Shown here piece by piece: positions 19,635-29,183 of a stretch of DNA of 64,000 nt. How positions within the stretch are numbered: position 1 is the first letter of the stretch; each line of letters starts with the position of its first letter. This DNA is from an uncultured Melioribacteraceae bacterium (GTDB taxonomy: Bacteria > Bacteroidota > Ignavibacteria > Ignavibacteriales > Melioribacteraceae): NCBI GenBank assembly GCA_964611145.1, contig CAZSYM010000008.1, forward strand, positions 8,132 through 72,131, read 5' to 3'. Below the pieces are notes generated by a model. The model saw only the letters and a list, made by a program, of their open reading frames with translations. It was not told the DNA's origin and did not search any database. The translations under genes and the position numbers were made by a program.

Positions 19635-20672
19635 ATGAAACTATCGGATTTCAAATTCAAATTGCCTAAGACAGCAATCGCAAAATTCCCCGTCTCTCCG
19701 CGGGATTCGGCGCGATTGATGGTTTTGGATAGAAAAACTCAAACAATTGAACACAAAGTATTTCGCGATATTATCAATTATGTTTCCAGCGGCGATGTGC
19801 TGGTTGTTAACGAATCCAAGGTGATGCAAGCGCGCCTGATAGGTAAAAAAGAACGCACGAACGCCTTGATTGAAGTGTTTGTCTTGCGGGAGCTTAACAG
19901 TCGTGAAAATATTTGGGACGTTATCGTTGACCCCGCACGGAAAGTCAGGATAGGAAACCGCATTTATTTTAGCGATACACTCTGGTGCGAAGTGATTGAT
20001 AACACGACTTCCCGCGGACGGACGGTGAGATTCAATCAAGGTAGCAAGGATATTTATCGCGCAATAGAAAAAATCGGTCAAACTCCCTTGCCTCCTTACA
20101 TTAATCGGAATGTGTTACCGGAGGATAAGGAAAATTATCAGACTGTCTTTGCCAAAGTGGACGGCTCGGTTGCCGCGCCCACGGCAGGCTTGCATTTTAC
20201 GAAAGAACTGTTGAGAAAAATACAGAAGAAAAAAGTGAAGATTGCCAAGGTGACTCTTCACATAGGACTCGGTACTTTCCGTCCTGTGGAGGTGGAGGAC
20301 TTGACCAAACATAGGATGGATTCGGAATATTTCGAAATAACCGAGGAGACGGCGGAAAAAATCAACGAAGCCATCCGAAAAGGGAAAAATGTAATTGCCG
20401 TAGGCACGAGTACCGTTCGCGCTTTGGAAAGTAGCGTTACGGCAAGCGGTTTCGTTAAGCCGGGTAGCGGTTGGACGGATAAATTTATCTTTCCGCCGTA
20501 TGAATTTAAAATCCCGACTAAATTGATTACCAATTTCCACCAGCCGGGTTCGACGTTGATTATGCTTACCTCCGCTTTTGCAGGTTATGACCTTTTGATG
20601 AAGGCTTATAAGGAAGCTTTGAAGGAAAAATACAGATTCCTCAGTTACGGCGATGCAATGTTGATTCAATAA
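19635..20672 (+). CDS. queA: S-adenosylmethionine:tRNA ribosyltransferase-isomerase
   Basis: '[26 protein letters not shown]', 'PLPPYI', 'YQTVFA', '[13 protein letters not shown]', '[11 protein letters not shown]', '[10 protein letters not shown]'. Confidence 0.95.
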   Translation: MKLSDFKFKLPKTAIAKFPVSPRDSARLMVLDRKTQTIEHKVFRDIINYVSSGDVLVVNESKVMQARLIGKKERTNALIEVFVLRELNSRENIWDVIVDPARKVRIGNRIYFSDTLWCEVIDNTTSRGRTVRFNQGSKDIYRAIEKIGQTPLPPYINRNVLPEDKENYQTVFAKVDGSVAAPTAGLHFTKELLRKIQKKKVKIAKVTLHIGLGTFRPVEVEDLTKHRMDSEYFEITEETAEKINEAIRKGKNVIAVGTSTVRALESSVTASGFVKPGSGWTDKFIFPPYEFKIPTKLITNFHQPGSTLIMLTSAFAGYDLLMKAYKEALKEKYRFLSYGDAMLIQ

Positions 20673-20679
20673 TAAATAG

Positions 20680-20711
20680 GCTCCCGAGTTTTGGCTCGGG
20701 AGCTTGCTTTT
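20680..20711 (+). terminator. Intrinsic terminator after queA
   Basis: GCTCCCGAG (20680-20688) / CTCGGGAGC (20695-20703), 6-nt loop, followed by TTGCTTTT. Confidence 0.8.
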
Positions 20712-20832
20712 AAACTCCCGCTCGATTTTCCAAAAGTCCCATAAGAATCAATTTGTGCTCGACTTCGACGTATCGTTAATTTTTTCACTTTTTGTTAATT
20801 TAGCTTTTGACATATTTTTCAAAAGGAAAGCG

Positions 20833-21519
20833 ATGAAGACTTTTGCTATAATACCCGCTGGCGGTAAAGGAACGAGGCTGGGAACAAGTACACCCAAGCA
20901 ATATCTGAAAGTGTTGGGAAAGGAAATAATAGCCTATACGTTACAAGTTTTTCAAGATTGCGAATTAATAGATGAAATTGTGATTGCCGCCGAGGAAAGA
21001 TATTTTCAAACTCTTGAGACTCTTGTGGGAAAATTCAATTTGACAAAGGTGAAAAATATTGTCAAAGGAGGGGCAACAAGACAGGATTCGGTTTATAATG
21101 CATTAATTTCCTTGGAGGCTGATGATACAGATATTGTTGCGGTTCACGATGCCGCGCGTCCGCTTTTATCAAGGGAAATTTTGCGTAGGGCTGTTGAAAA
21201 AGCTCGGAAGGTTAAAAGTGTTGTTGTTGCCGTTAAAATGCGTGATACCGTTTTGGAGGGGGAAGAAAAAGTGGAGAATTATTTGGAGAGGGAAAGGATT
21301 TACGCAGTGCAAACTCCGCAGGTGTTCGAATATTCTCTTTTGAAAAAGGCTATGGACAAGGCGCGGGAAGAAAATTTTATCGGCACTGATGAATCTTCTC
21401 TTGTTTATCGGGCATCGAACGAAGTGTTTATTTGCGAAGGTAGTTCGGAGAATTTTAAAATCACTACGGAAACGGATTTGAAGCTTTTCGAATACTTTCT
21501 TAATTTAAAAATAAAATAA
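20833..21519 (+). CDS. ispD: 2-C-methyl-D-erythritol 4-phosphate cytidylyltransferase
   Basis: 'AIIPAGGKGTRLG...PKQYL', 'GGATRQDSV', 'VAVHDAARP'. The ATG at 20833 gives the family-typical N-terminus. The track ORF from 20704 is an upstream extension that runs into the queA terminator. Confidence 0.9.
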   Translation: MKTFAIIPAGGKGTRLGTSTPKQYLKVLGKEIIAYTLQVFQDCELIDEIVIAAEERYFQTLETLVGKFNLTKVKNIVKGGATRQDSVYNALISLEADDTDIVAVHDAARPLLSREILRRAVEKARKVKSVVVAVKMRDTVLEGEEKVENYLERERIYAVQTPQVFEYSLLKKAMDKAREENFIGTDESSLVYRASNEVFICEGSSENFKITTETDLKLFEYFLNLKIK

Positions 21520-21536
21520 AATTTTGTGAGGAATTT

Positions 21537-22199
21537 ATGCTGAATTTACTTGTGATTATCGTCCTTTCCTATTTGGTTGGTTCGATACCAAACAGCATAA
21601 TAATTACTAAGTTGGTAAAGGGTGTGGATATTCGCGATTATGGAAGCGGGAACGCTGGCGGTACAAACGTCTCCCGTGTATTGGGAAAGAAATACGGGAT
21701 ACTTGTAATTGTTTTGGATGCTTTGAAAGGAGCCTTTGCGGTAATAGTCGTGGCACGGCTCTATCTCGGAAATTTCCCCTTTACCAATTCCACTCCTTTT
21801 GATGATTTTACTTTGGTGCAGATAATTGCCGGTGTGTCGGCTGTTGTCGGACACGTTTGGACTGTTTTTGCAGGTTTCAAAGGCGGGAAAGGAATAGCCA
21901 CGGGGTTGGGTGTTTTCCTTTCCATAATTACTATCGATATGCTTTTGGCTTTGGGCGTTTTTGTCCTTGTCGTTGCGCTTTCACGTTATGTTTCGCTCGG
22001 CTCTATTAGCGCTGCGATTTCCGTCCCGCTGATTATGTTCATACGGCAAAATGTTTTTCATGCCCATGTTACAGGTTATTACACTATAATGCCTTTTGCC
22101 GTTTTGTTGGCTTTGCTTGTTATTTATACTCATAGAGCAAATTTGAAAAGAGTCTTTGCCGGAGAGGAACATAAAATAAGCTTTAGGAAAAAGAAGTAA
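21537..22199 (+). CDS. plsY: Glycerol-3-phosphate acyltransferase PlsY
   Basis: 'GSIPNSIII', 'GSGNAGGTNVSRVLG', 'HVWTVFAGFKGGKGIAT'. Polytopic, 220 aa. Confidence 0.9.
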   Translation: MLNLLVIIVLSYLVGSIPNSIIITKLVKGVDIRDYGSGNAGGTNVSRVLGKKYGILVIVLDALKGAFAVIVVARLYLGNFPFTNSTPFDDFTLVQIIAGVSAVVGHVWTVFAGFKGGKGIATGLGVFLSIITIDMLLALGVFVLVVALSRYVSLGSISAAISVPLIMFIRQNVFHAHVTGYYTIMPFAVLLALLVIYTHRANLKRVFAGEEHKISFRKKK

Positions 22200-22201
22200 A
22201 A

Positions 22202-23200
22202 ATGCGAATATCGGTTTTAGGTGCGGGTAGCTGGGGAACAACTTTAGCAATTGTTCTTCAGAACAACGGCCACGAGGTAACTCTGTGGGAATATAAAAGA
22301 TTTTATGCGGCAAAACTTAATCGAACGAGGGAAAATAAAATTTATTTGCCGGGAATAAAAATCCCGAAAGAAATCAAAATCACCCATTCGCTCCAGGAAG
22401 CCTCCGAAAAACAGCATATGATTGTTCTTGCAATCCCTTCGCAGTTTTTAAGAGGAGTTATAAGAAAAATAAAAGATTATGATTATCGAAACACTACCTT
22501 TGTGAGTGTGGCAAAGGGAATCGAGAAAGGGACGCTTATGACGGTTTCTCAAATTTTGAAGGATGAAATACCCTCCGTGGAAGCCGAGCATATAGGCGTG
22601 CTTTCGGGACCCAGCCATGCCGAAGAAGTGAGTCGGAAAATTCCTACCGCCGTAGTTGCCGCATCAGAAAGTGAAAGCACAGCGCATGTTATACAAGCCG
22701 CGTTCATGAATTCTTATTTCCGCGTTTATTCATCTACGGATTTGATAGGCGTGGAACTTGGAGGCGCATTTAAAAACGTAATAGCGATAGGTGCGGGAAT
22801 TATTGACGGTATCGGTTTCGGTGATAATTCGAAAGCGGCAATAATGACCCGGGCAATAGCCGAAATTACAAGACTCGGTGTGGAAATGGGCGCTAACCCT
22901 AAGACTTTCTCCGGACTTTCCGGCATAGGGGATTTGATTGTGACCTGTATGAGTCGTCACAGTCGAAATCGCTACGTGGGAGAGCAAATCGGGAAAGGCA
23001 AGAAATTAAAAGATGTTATCAAATCAATGGAAATGGTTGCCGAAGGCGTGGAAACAAGCCGTTCGGTGCATGAGCTTTCCGCTAAGTATCACGTGGAAAC
23101 CCCTATCGCCGAAGCGGTTTATAAGGTGCTTTTCCTGGAAGCCGACCCGATGAAGGTTACTTACGAATTAATGACGCGAGAGATGAAGGCGGAGCATTAG
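22202..23200 (+). CDS. gpsA: NAD(P)H-dependent glycerol-3-phosphate dehydrogenase
   Basis: 'ISVLGAGSWGTTLA', 'GPSHAEEV', 'GGAFKNVIAIGAGI', 'GIGDLIVTC.S..SRN'. Starts 2 nt after plsY. Confidence 0.93.
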   Translation: MRISVLGAGSWGTTLAIVLQNNGHEVTLWEYKRFYAAKLNRTRENKIYLPGIKIPKEIKITHSLQEASEKQHMIVLAIPSQFLRGVIRKIKDYDYRNTTFVSVAKGIEKGTLMTVSQILKDEIPSVEAEHIGVLSGPSHAEEVSRKIPTAVVAASESESTAHVIQAAFMNSYFRVYSSTDLIGVELGGAFKNVIAIGAGIIDGIGFGDNSKAAIMTRAIAEITRLGVEMGANPKTFSGLSGIGDLIVTCMSRHSRNRYVGEQIGKGKKLKDVIKSMEMVAEGVETSRSVHELSAKYHVETPIAEAVYKVLFLEADPMKVTYELMTREMKAEH

Positions 23201-23204
23201 TATT

Positions 23205-23609
23205 TTATTGCTCCACGTGTTGCCCTAATGCTTCTTTTAACTCTTCCGGAAGAGCTGTTTTCTTGAGATTCGTTTTGTCCACCGCTACGTGTATCGTCCG
23301 AACTTTCGTCTTTACTTTGTCGTTATTCCCGAAAAATTCATATTCGAGAGAGAAAGAGGACTCCCTTAAATTCCGCACTTTTACTTTCACGGTGATTACT
23401 TCCGAAGGTAGAATTACGGCGTGATAGTCGGCTTCCGCGTGAACTATTGGAATGACAATTTTCTCGTCGTCAAAGGGGTTGCTTCTTTTTAGTATGTCTT
23501 CCAGAAATTCTTCGTACGCCGTATGTGCCAGTTTGAAAGCGTTGGCAAAAAACAATATGCCTGCCGGGTCGGCGTCGTAAAAGTTTATTCTTATTTTTGT
23601 TTCAAACAA
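23205..23609 (-). CDS. Acyl-CoA thioesterase, 4HBT/YbgC-like hotdog fold
   Basis: 134 aa. 'INFYDADPAGILFFANAFKLAHTAYEEFL' is typical of the YbgC/4HBT N-terminus with catalytic Asp. TTG start. Its stop lies 4 nt from the gpsA stop. Confidence 0.75.
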   Translation of the reverse strand: MFETKIRINFYDADPAGILFFANAFKLAHTAYEEFLEDILKRSNPFDDEKIVIPIVHAEADYHAVILPSEVITVKVKVRNLRESSFSLEYEFFGNNDKVKTKVRTIHVAVDKTNLKKTALPEELKEALGQHVEQ

Positions 23610-23720
23610 TTTCTTTTCCTTTTTTTATTTCTTGTGTTCGATTTCTTATTTTAGCCGAACAAATTTAAGAAATAATTTCAAAACGGTGGAGGATTTATCA
23701 AGCTTGCAAAGATTTTCATA

Positions 23721-24989
23721 TTGATATTTTTGACGGCGTTTTCCGTTGCTTTCTCTCAGAAAAGAGAGATTAAGAAGACTTATTATCCGAACGGAGCCTT
23801 GAAATCCGTAGGAGAGTATTTGAACGGAAAGAAAGACGGCGTTTATAAGGAATTTTACGAGGACGGTAAACTTTGGAAGGTTTGGCATTTCGTTGGTGGT
23901 TTGGAAGAAGGGATTTCTACGTGGTACTTTCCGAACGGAAACGTCAGTATGGAATGGAATTACAAACATGGCAAGCTTGAGGGAATTTCCAAATGGTATT
24001 ATCAAACCGGTGAACTTTGGGCGGAAGCGGAATATCACAACGATTTGCAAGAAGGTTTCACGACCGTTTATTATAAAAGCGGGGCGGTTCAGGGAATTTG
24101 GGCTTATAAGCATGGAAAATTAAACGGCGTTACTAAAATCTTTTATGAGAATGGCAATTTGGAAGTGGAAAGAAATTATGTGAACGATTTATTGGAGGGA
24201 ACCAGCAAGGTATATTATGAATTCGGCGGTCTGGCATTGGAGGCACATTATAAACATGATAAACTCGACGGTGTTTCCTATCTTTATTACCCGGACGGTT
24301 CCATTAAAGTCGTTGATACTTATATAAACGGACAAATCGTGAAGCGCGTTCGTTATGACATAGCGGGGCATTTCGAAAAAGTGGAGGAGAGTTTTAATAA
24401 TTATTATGACGAAGGAACTATCTCCGAACATTTGCATTTTAGAGAAGGCAAGAAAAACGGCTTGAATATCGAATATTACAAAAGCGGCTATGTCCAAGCG
24501 ATGATTAATTATTACAAAGGGATACCGGACGGAACATGTTTTTATTTCTATGACGGCGGAGTATTGAAAAGGCAAACGGATTATGTGATGAATGTGAAAG
24601 ACGGTAGCGAACTTCTTTTCAATAAAAAGGGAATTAAAATTGCGGAACTGAATTATTTGAACGGCAAATTGGAGGGATATTGCCGTTATTATTACAATGA
24701 CGGCAGTTTGAAGGCGGTTAAGTATTATCGGGGAGGAAAGCTCGACGGGAGAATTCTAACCTATTACGACAAGGGCGGACTTGAATCCGAAGAAAATTTT
24801 GTCCTCGGGAAAAAAGAAGGAACCGCTAAGTATTATTATTGGGACGGTACGCTCCGTGAGGTGCGGAATTATAAAAACAATTTGCCCGACGGTGAATTTG
24901 TTTATTATGATGAAAGAGGGAAAATTCTTAAGAAATTGGAGTTTGAAAAAGGCGAATTGAAAAAGAAAATATTTTTGGGTAAAAAATGA
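23721..24989 (+). CDS. MORN-variant (YwqK-type) repeat protein with short N-terminal signal-like segment
   Basis: About 15-17 consecutive ~23-aa repeats of the form 'YYxNGxLxxExxYxxGKLxG'. TTG is the first possible start in the frame (stop at 23673-23675). Confidence 0.75.
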   Translation: MIFLTAFSVAFSQKREIKKTYYPNGALKSVGEYLNGKKDGVYKEFYEDGKLWKVWHFVGGLEEGISTWYFPNGNVSMEWNYKHGKLEGISKWYYQTGELWAEAEYHNDLQEGFTTVYYKSGAVQGIWAYKHGKLNGVTKIFYENGNLEVERNYVNDLLEGTSKVYYEFGGLALEAHYKHDKLDGVSYLYYPDGSIKVVDTYINGQIVKRVRYDIAGHFEKVEESFNNYYDEGTISEHLHFREGKKNGLNIEYYKSGYVQAMINYYKGIPDGTCFYFYDGGVLKRQTDYVMNVKDGSELLFNKKGIKIAELNYLNGKLEGYCRYYYNDGSLKAVKYYRGGKLDGRILTYYDKGGLESEENFVLGKKEGTAKYYYWDGTLREVRNYKNNLPDGEFVYYDERGKILKKLEFEKGELKKKIFLGKK

Positions 24990-25056
24990 AGATTGCGTAA
25001 GGGAAGGCTCTCCATTTGCCAACGTTGAAAAACTTTCCTTTCATTATTTAATTAAA

Positions 25057-25656
25057 ATGATTATTTTTAACAAAAATTATTCCAGAAAAATGAATTTTAA
25101 TCTGATAGAAATAGACGGTGTTTTGGTCAACAAGGATATTCTGAACGTAAAGTTTACGTGTGATCTTTCGAAGTGCAAAGGCGCCTGCTGTACGTTGGAA
25201 AGTGAATACGGAGCTCCCGTCACGGAAGAAGAAATTAAACGTATTGATGAAATATTAGATATAATTTGGGAAGACTTGCCCGAAACAAGCCGATGGATAA
25301 TCGAGAAAGAAGGATTCTATGAGATTAAAGGCGGGGAATTGTTACTCCGTAGCGTGGAAAACAAGGATTGCGTTTTTGTTTATCGGGAAAACGGAATTGC
25401 CAAATGCGCAATAGAAAAAGCATTTCTTGAAGGGAAACTCGATTTTAGAAAACCCATTTCTTGTCATTTGTTTCCTATACGGGTAACAAATTTCGGCGGG
25501 GACGTCTTGCGTTATGAGGAATATTCCGAATGCGCCCCCGCATTGGAATTGGGTAAAAAAACAAACCTTTCCGTCGGACAATTTTGCAAGGATGCTCTTG
25601 TACGAGCTTACGGGGAAGAATGGTACGATAAGTTAATCAAGCAAGGGACGACGTGA
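25057..25656 (+). CDS. DUF3109-like cysteine-rich protein
   Basis: 'FTCDLSKCKGACCTLESEYGAP', later 'CVF', 'CAIE', 'SCHLFPIR' and 'CAP' Cys/His blocks. The alternative ATG at 25090 gives the family-typical ~24 aa before the first Cys cluster. Confidence 0.6.
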   Translation: MIIFNKNYSRKMNFNLIEIDGVLVNKDILNVKFTCDLSKCKGACCTLESEYGAPVTEEEIKRIDEILDIIWEDLPETSRWIIEKEGFYEIKGGELLLRSVENKDCVFVYRENGIAKCAIEKAFLEGKLDFRKPISCHLFPIRVTNFGGDVLRYEEYSECAPALELGKKTNLSVGQFCKDALVRAYGEEWYDKLIKQGTT

Positions 25657-25657
25657 T

Positions 25658-27112
25658 ATGCTCTCGATTAACCAAAAATTAACGCAAAGTCAAAAGCTTT
25701 CTCCGCAGCAGATTCAATATCAAAAGCTTCTTCAACTCAGCACGCTTGCTTTGGAGCAAAGAATCAAAAACGAGTTGGAACAAAACCCTCTACTGGAAGA
25801 AGTTCAGACGGAAGAGGAAGAAATGATAATGGAGCAAAACGAGGAGGCGGAAACGCCGATCGAGGAAAAGGAGCAGGAAGAAAACCCCGAAGATGAGTTT
25901 GATATCGAAGATTTTATGAACGATAATGAATTTGACGAATTGCCTTCAGGTAAAAACGAGGAGGAAAATGAACAGCGCCCCGTGGCTCCCGCTCGAGGTA
26001 CCCTTACCGAACGTTTGCTGGAACAATTGCACCTGTTAAATCTTTCCGAAGATGAGATTACACTCGGCGAGAATATTATTTACAGTCTGGGTAGCGACGG
26101 ATATTTTAGGGAAGATTTGAAAAAGATGGTGGACGATTTACGCGTTTTTGACCACATAGATATTTCCTACGAGCAAGCCGAGAAGGTGCTTAAAAAAATT
26201 CAACGTTTGGAGCCCGTGGGAATCGCTTCTCGAAATTTGAAGGAATGCTTGCTTGTTCAACTCGAAAACTCCGATTACGATCCGTATTATTCCTACTTGG
26301 CTCAAAAGCTTCTGAAAGAACATTTCGACGATTTTCTAAACAAGCGTTACGAAGCGATAAAAAAGAAAATGGATTTAACCGATGAAACTCTGAAAGAAAC
26401 AATATCACTTATCAAGAGATTAAATCCCAAACCCGGAGCGGGACAAATAGAAATAGAGGAAATAAATCAAATTACTCCCGATTTTATTATTGAGAAGGTT
26501 GGGGATAATTATATCATTTCCCTCAACGACAAAGCGGTGCCTTCCGTTACCATAAATCGCGAATACTTGGAGATGCTCGATTCGAAAAAGCGCAAAAGGA
26601 AGATGTCGAAGGAAGAAAAGGAAACAAGGAAATTTTTACGGGAGAAATTTGAATCCGCAAAATGGTTTATCGCTTCCCTGCAACAGCGCCGTCAAACTTT
26701 GCTCAAAATAATGCGCGCTATCTTCGAAAAGCAATACGAATTCTTCGAAAAAGGTCCCAAAGCCTTGAAACCCATGATTTACAAGGATATTGCAGAGGAA
26801 GTTGGGATGGATATTTCTACGATAAGCCGTGTGGTTAACGGGAAATATGTCCAAAGCCCGCAGGGAATTCACGAGTTGAAATATTTCTTTAGCGAAGGGC
26901 TTGCAACCGACGAGGGTAGCGAGGTTTCCAACAAGCACATAAAAGAACTGATTAGAGAAATAATAGATAAGGAACCTAAAAACGCTCCTTACAGCGATGA
27001 AAAAATTGCTAAGATGTTACAGGAGAAAGGAATAAACATTGCGCGTCGCACTGTGGCAAAGTATAGAGAACAAATGATGATTCCCGTGGCAAGATTACGG
27101 AAGGAAATCTGA
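25658..27112 (+). CDS. rpoN: RNA polymerase sigma-54 factor
   Basis: Gln/Leu-rich region I 'QKLSPQQIQYQKLLQLS', acidic region II, HTH and RpoN box 'ARRTVAKYRE'. The ATG lies 1 nt after the preceding stop. Confidence 0.95.
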   Translation: MLSINQKLTQSQKLSPQQIQYQKLLQLSTLALEQRIKNELEQNPLLEEVQTEEEEMIMEQNEEAETPIEEKEQEENPEDEFDIEDFMNDNEFDELPSGKNEEENEQRPVAPARGTLTERLLEQLHLLNLSEDEITLGENIIYSLGSDGYFREDLKKMVDDLRVFDHIDISYEQAEKVLKKIQRLEPVGIASRNLKECLLVQLENSDYDPYYSYLAQKLLKEHFDDFLNKRYEAIKKKMDLTDETLKETISLIKRLNPKPGAGQIEIEEINQITPDFIIEKVGDNYIISLNDKAVPSVTINREYLEMLDSKKRKRKMSKEEKETRKFLREKFESAKWFIASLQQRRQTLLKIMRAIFEKQYEFFEKGPKALKPMIYKDIAEEVGMDISTISRVVNGKYVQSPQGIHELKYFFSEGLATDEGSEVSNKHIKELIREIIDKEPKNAPYSDEKIAKMLQEKGINIARRTVAKYREQMMIPVARLRKEI

Positions 27113-27234
27113 TGTATGCGGGCTTTCAGTACGATTTGTAGGGAACCATATCCCCTCCTGAAAGTAAAATGAGGATAAAAAATTGTTGAAGTCATTAAGT
27201 TGGTATTTGTCGATATTTAAAAAAAGGTGAAAAA

Positions 27235-29070
27235 TTGAAAAAAATAACGATTCTTCTTTTTTTGTTTGCTTTTGTCGATTTGGCAATTGCACAAGTTAAA
27301 CCCGATGCGGTACTTGCCGGTGCTGGCAATCGTAAGATTACCGTTAAGGAATTTATCCGCCGTTTCGAGTTTATTCCCATGGTCAAGAAAAAAGGCTTGG
27401 ACAGAGAAAAACAGAAGGAAAATTTCCTTTACTCTCTCATGGCAGAAAAACTATGGGCTCTTGCCGCCGAAGATGCCGGTTACGACACGACGGCTATAAT
27501 GCGAGAGACTTTTCAATCCATTAAAAGAATGTATATACGGGATGCGATTTATCAAAGGGAGATTAAGAACAAGGTAAGAATTTCCGAGAAAGAAAAGCGA
27601 AAAGCATACGACCGCAGTAATGTGGTTTTGAAAGTGAGATTTATTTATTCCCCGAACGAAAAGGAAATTAAACACATATATAATGAATTGAAAGCTGGTG
27701 CGGATTTTGATTCTCTCCTTGCAACGCGGAGGGAATACAAATATGAAAAAAGCTATAAGGATTTTACCTACGGAAGTGCGGACGAAAAATTGGAAGATGC
27801 CCTTTTCTCATTGAAAGAAGGTAAGTTTACCTCCCCTCTTAAATTGGCCAAAGGTTGGTTTATATTCAAACTTTATTATAGTGAAAAGAAAAAATTTGCT
27901 TCCGAGAAGGAAAGAAGAAAAAATTTGGAACAGGCACGTTCCCTTTTGATTCGGAGAGCGGAATCCAAACTTACGGATAAATTTTTTAAGAAGTATTTTA
28001 AGGATAAGAAAGTCTCTACCGATGGCAAGATTTTTTGGAGTATCTCCAATGCCTTGATTAAAATTTTAGCCGACAAGCGGAAGGAGGAAAAAATTCCCGA
28101 GGGCGAGAAAATTGCATTGGAAAGCAAGGACTATTATCGGTTCCAAAAACTTCTTGGCGATACACTTAAAATGGAATTCATTCATTTCAAAAAGAATCCC
28201 ATTAGCACGGATGAATTTCTTCACGATTTTATTTTCGAGGGTTTTTACACTACCTCGCTGAATCCTAATGAGATTCGCGCCAAGCTGAATGCTCGCGTGA
28301 AGCGTTTTATCACGTTTGAACTCCTGGCGCGTATGGGCGAGGAGAAAGGTTATGAAAATCTTCCGGAAGTTAAGGAGGCATTGGACAGTTGGCGCGATTA
28401 TTACTTGTCCACACTTTTGAGAGGAGATTTTCTCAATAGGATAAAAGTTAGCGATGATGAAGCAAAGGCTTATTATGAGAAGATAAATCAAGGAGCTTTA
28501 CCTACAAAAGAAGTTAATATTGTGGAAGTTCTTACGGATAGTCTTAGTGTGGTTAATAAAGTTCTGAAAGCATTGGCACAAGGCGCGGATTTGCACGACC
28601 TTGCTATGGAATATACAAAGAGAGTTTGGACGAAGAAAAACCACGGTGAATTGGGATTTTTCCCCGTTAGCCTTTACGGACCTATCGGACGGAAAGCCGC
28701 TACAATGAAGGTGGGGGAAATAGCGGGACCGATAGAAACTCCGGATGGCTATTCCATTTTTCAGTTGCTTGCCGTTAGGAAAATTAATTCCCCTCTTTCG
28801 GGAGAATTCAAAGACGTGAAAGCCGAGATTGTTCGGAGGATTAAGGGAGAAAAGGCAAGAAAGATGTTTATTAAGCAAACGGTGAAATTCGCACGTCGCT
28901 ACGGAATTGAATTGCACGAAAATTTACTCCCGAAAATTAAGGTTCAAAACTTTAATATGCTTGTTTATAAATACTTCGGATTCGGCGGCAGAATGCTGGC
29001 TTTTCCCCTCACTCCGCAATTCTCCGAATGGATGGTCTATTACAAAGGCACGGAAGGAATCCTGCCCTAA
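27235..29070 (+). CDS. Periplasmic peptidyl-prolyl cis-trans isomerase (SurA/PpiD-like, parvulin domains)
   Basis: Signal peptide 'ILLFLFAFVDLAIAQ'. Parvulin-type segment 'GELGFFPVSLYGPIGRKAATMKVGEIAGPIETPDGYSIFQL' and an earlier degenerate one. TTG start. Confidence 0.8.
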   Translation: MKKITILLFLFAFVDLAIAQVKPDAVLAGAGNRKITVKEFIRRFEFIPMVKKKGLDREKQKENFLYSLMAEKLWALAAEDAGYDTTAIMRETFQSIKRMYIRDAIYQREIKNKVRISEKEKRKAYDRSNVVLKVRFIYSPNEKEIKHIYNELKAGADFDSLLATRREYKYEKSYKDFTYGSADEKLEDALFSLKEGKFTSPLKLAKGWFIFKLYYSEKKKFASEKERRKNLEQARSLLIRRAESKLTDKFFKKYFKDKKVSTDGKIFWSISNALIKILADKRKEEKIPEGEKIALESKDYYRFQKLLGDTLKMEFIHFKKNPISTDEFLHDFIFEGFYTTSLNPNEIRAKLNARVKRFITFELLARMGEEKGYENLPEVKEALDSWRDYYLSTLLRGDFLNRIKVSDDEAKAYYEKINQGALPTKEVNIVEVLTDSLSVVNKVLKALAQGADLHDLAMEYTKRVWTKKNHGELGFFPVSLYGPIGRKAATMKVGEIAGPIETPDGYSIFQLLAVRKINSPLSGEFKDVKAEIVRRIKGEKARKMFIKQTVKFARRYGIELHENLLPKIKVQNFNMLVYKYFGFGGRMLAFPLTPQFSEWMVYYKGTEGILP

Positions 29071-29078
29071 AAATTTAG

Positions 29079-29106
29079 CCTCCCTCTTTTGAGGGAGGTT
29101 TTTTCT
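29079..29106 (+). terminator. Intrinsic terminator after the PPIase gene
   Basis: CCTCCCTC (29079-29086) / GAGGGAGG (29091-29098), TTTT loop, then TTTTTTCTT. Confidence 0.85.
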
Positions 29107-29183
29107 TATCTTTTCTATTTGCACGCTCGGGTTTATTCCCTTAATTTAAAACATAAGTTATCTTTAAATTTTGGGAGTAAACC

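Noticed and set aside
20704-20832. N-terminal extensions offered by the ORF track (ispD from 20704; livF from 368; AI-2E from 32919)
   Set aside because: The internal Met gives the family-typical N-terminus in each case. The extensions run through terminators or the preceding gene and look non-protein-like.
23721-24989. YwqK-type 'antitoxin', suggesting a toxin-antitoxin locus
   Set aside because: No toxin candidate is adjacent. The protein is a long MORN-repeat array with a signal-like N-terminus, which is not a TA architecture.
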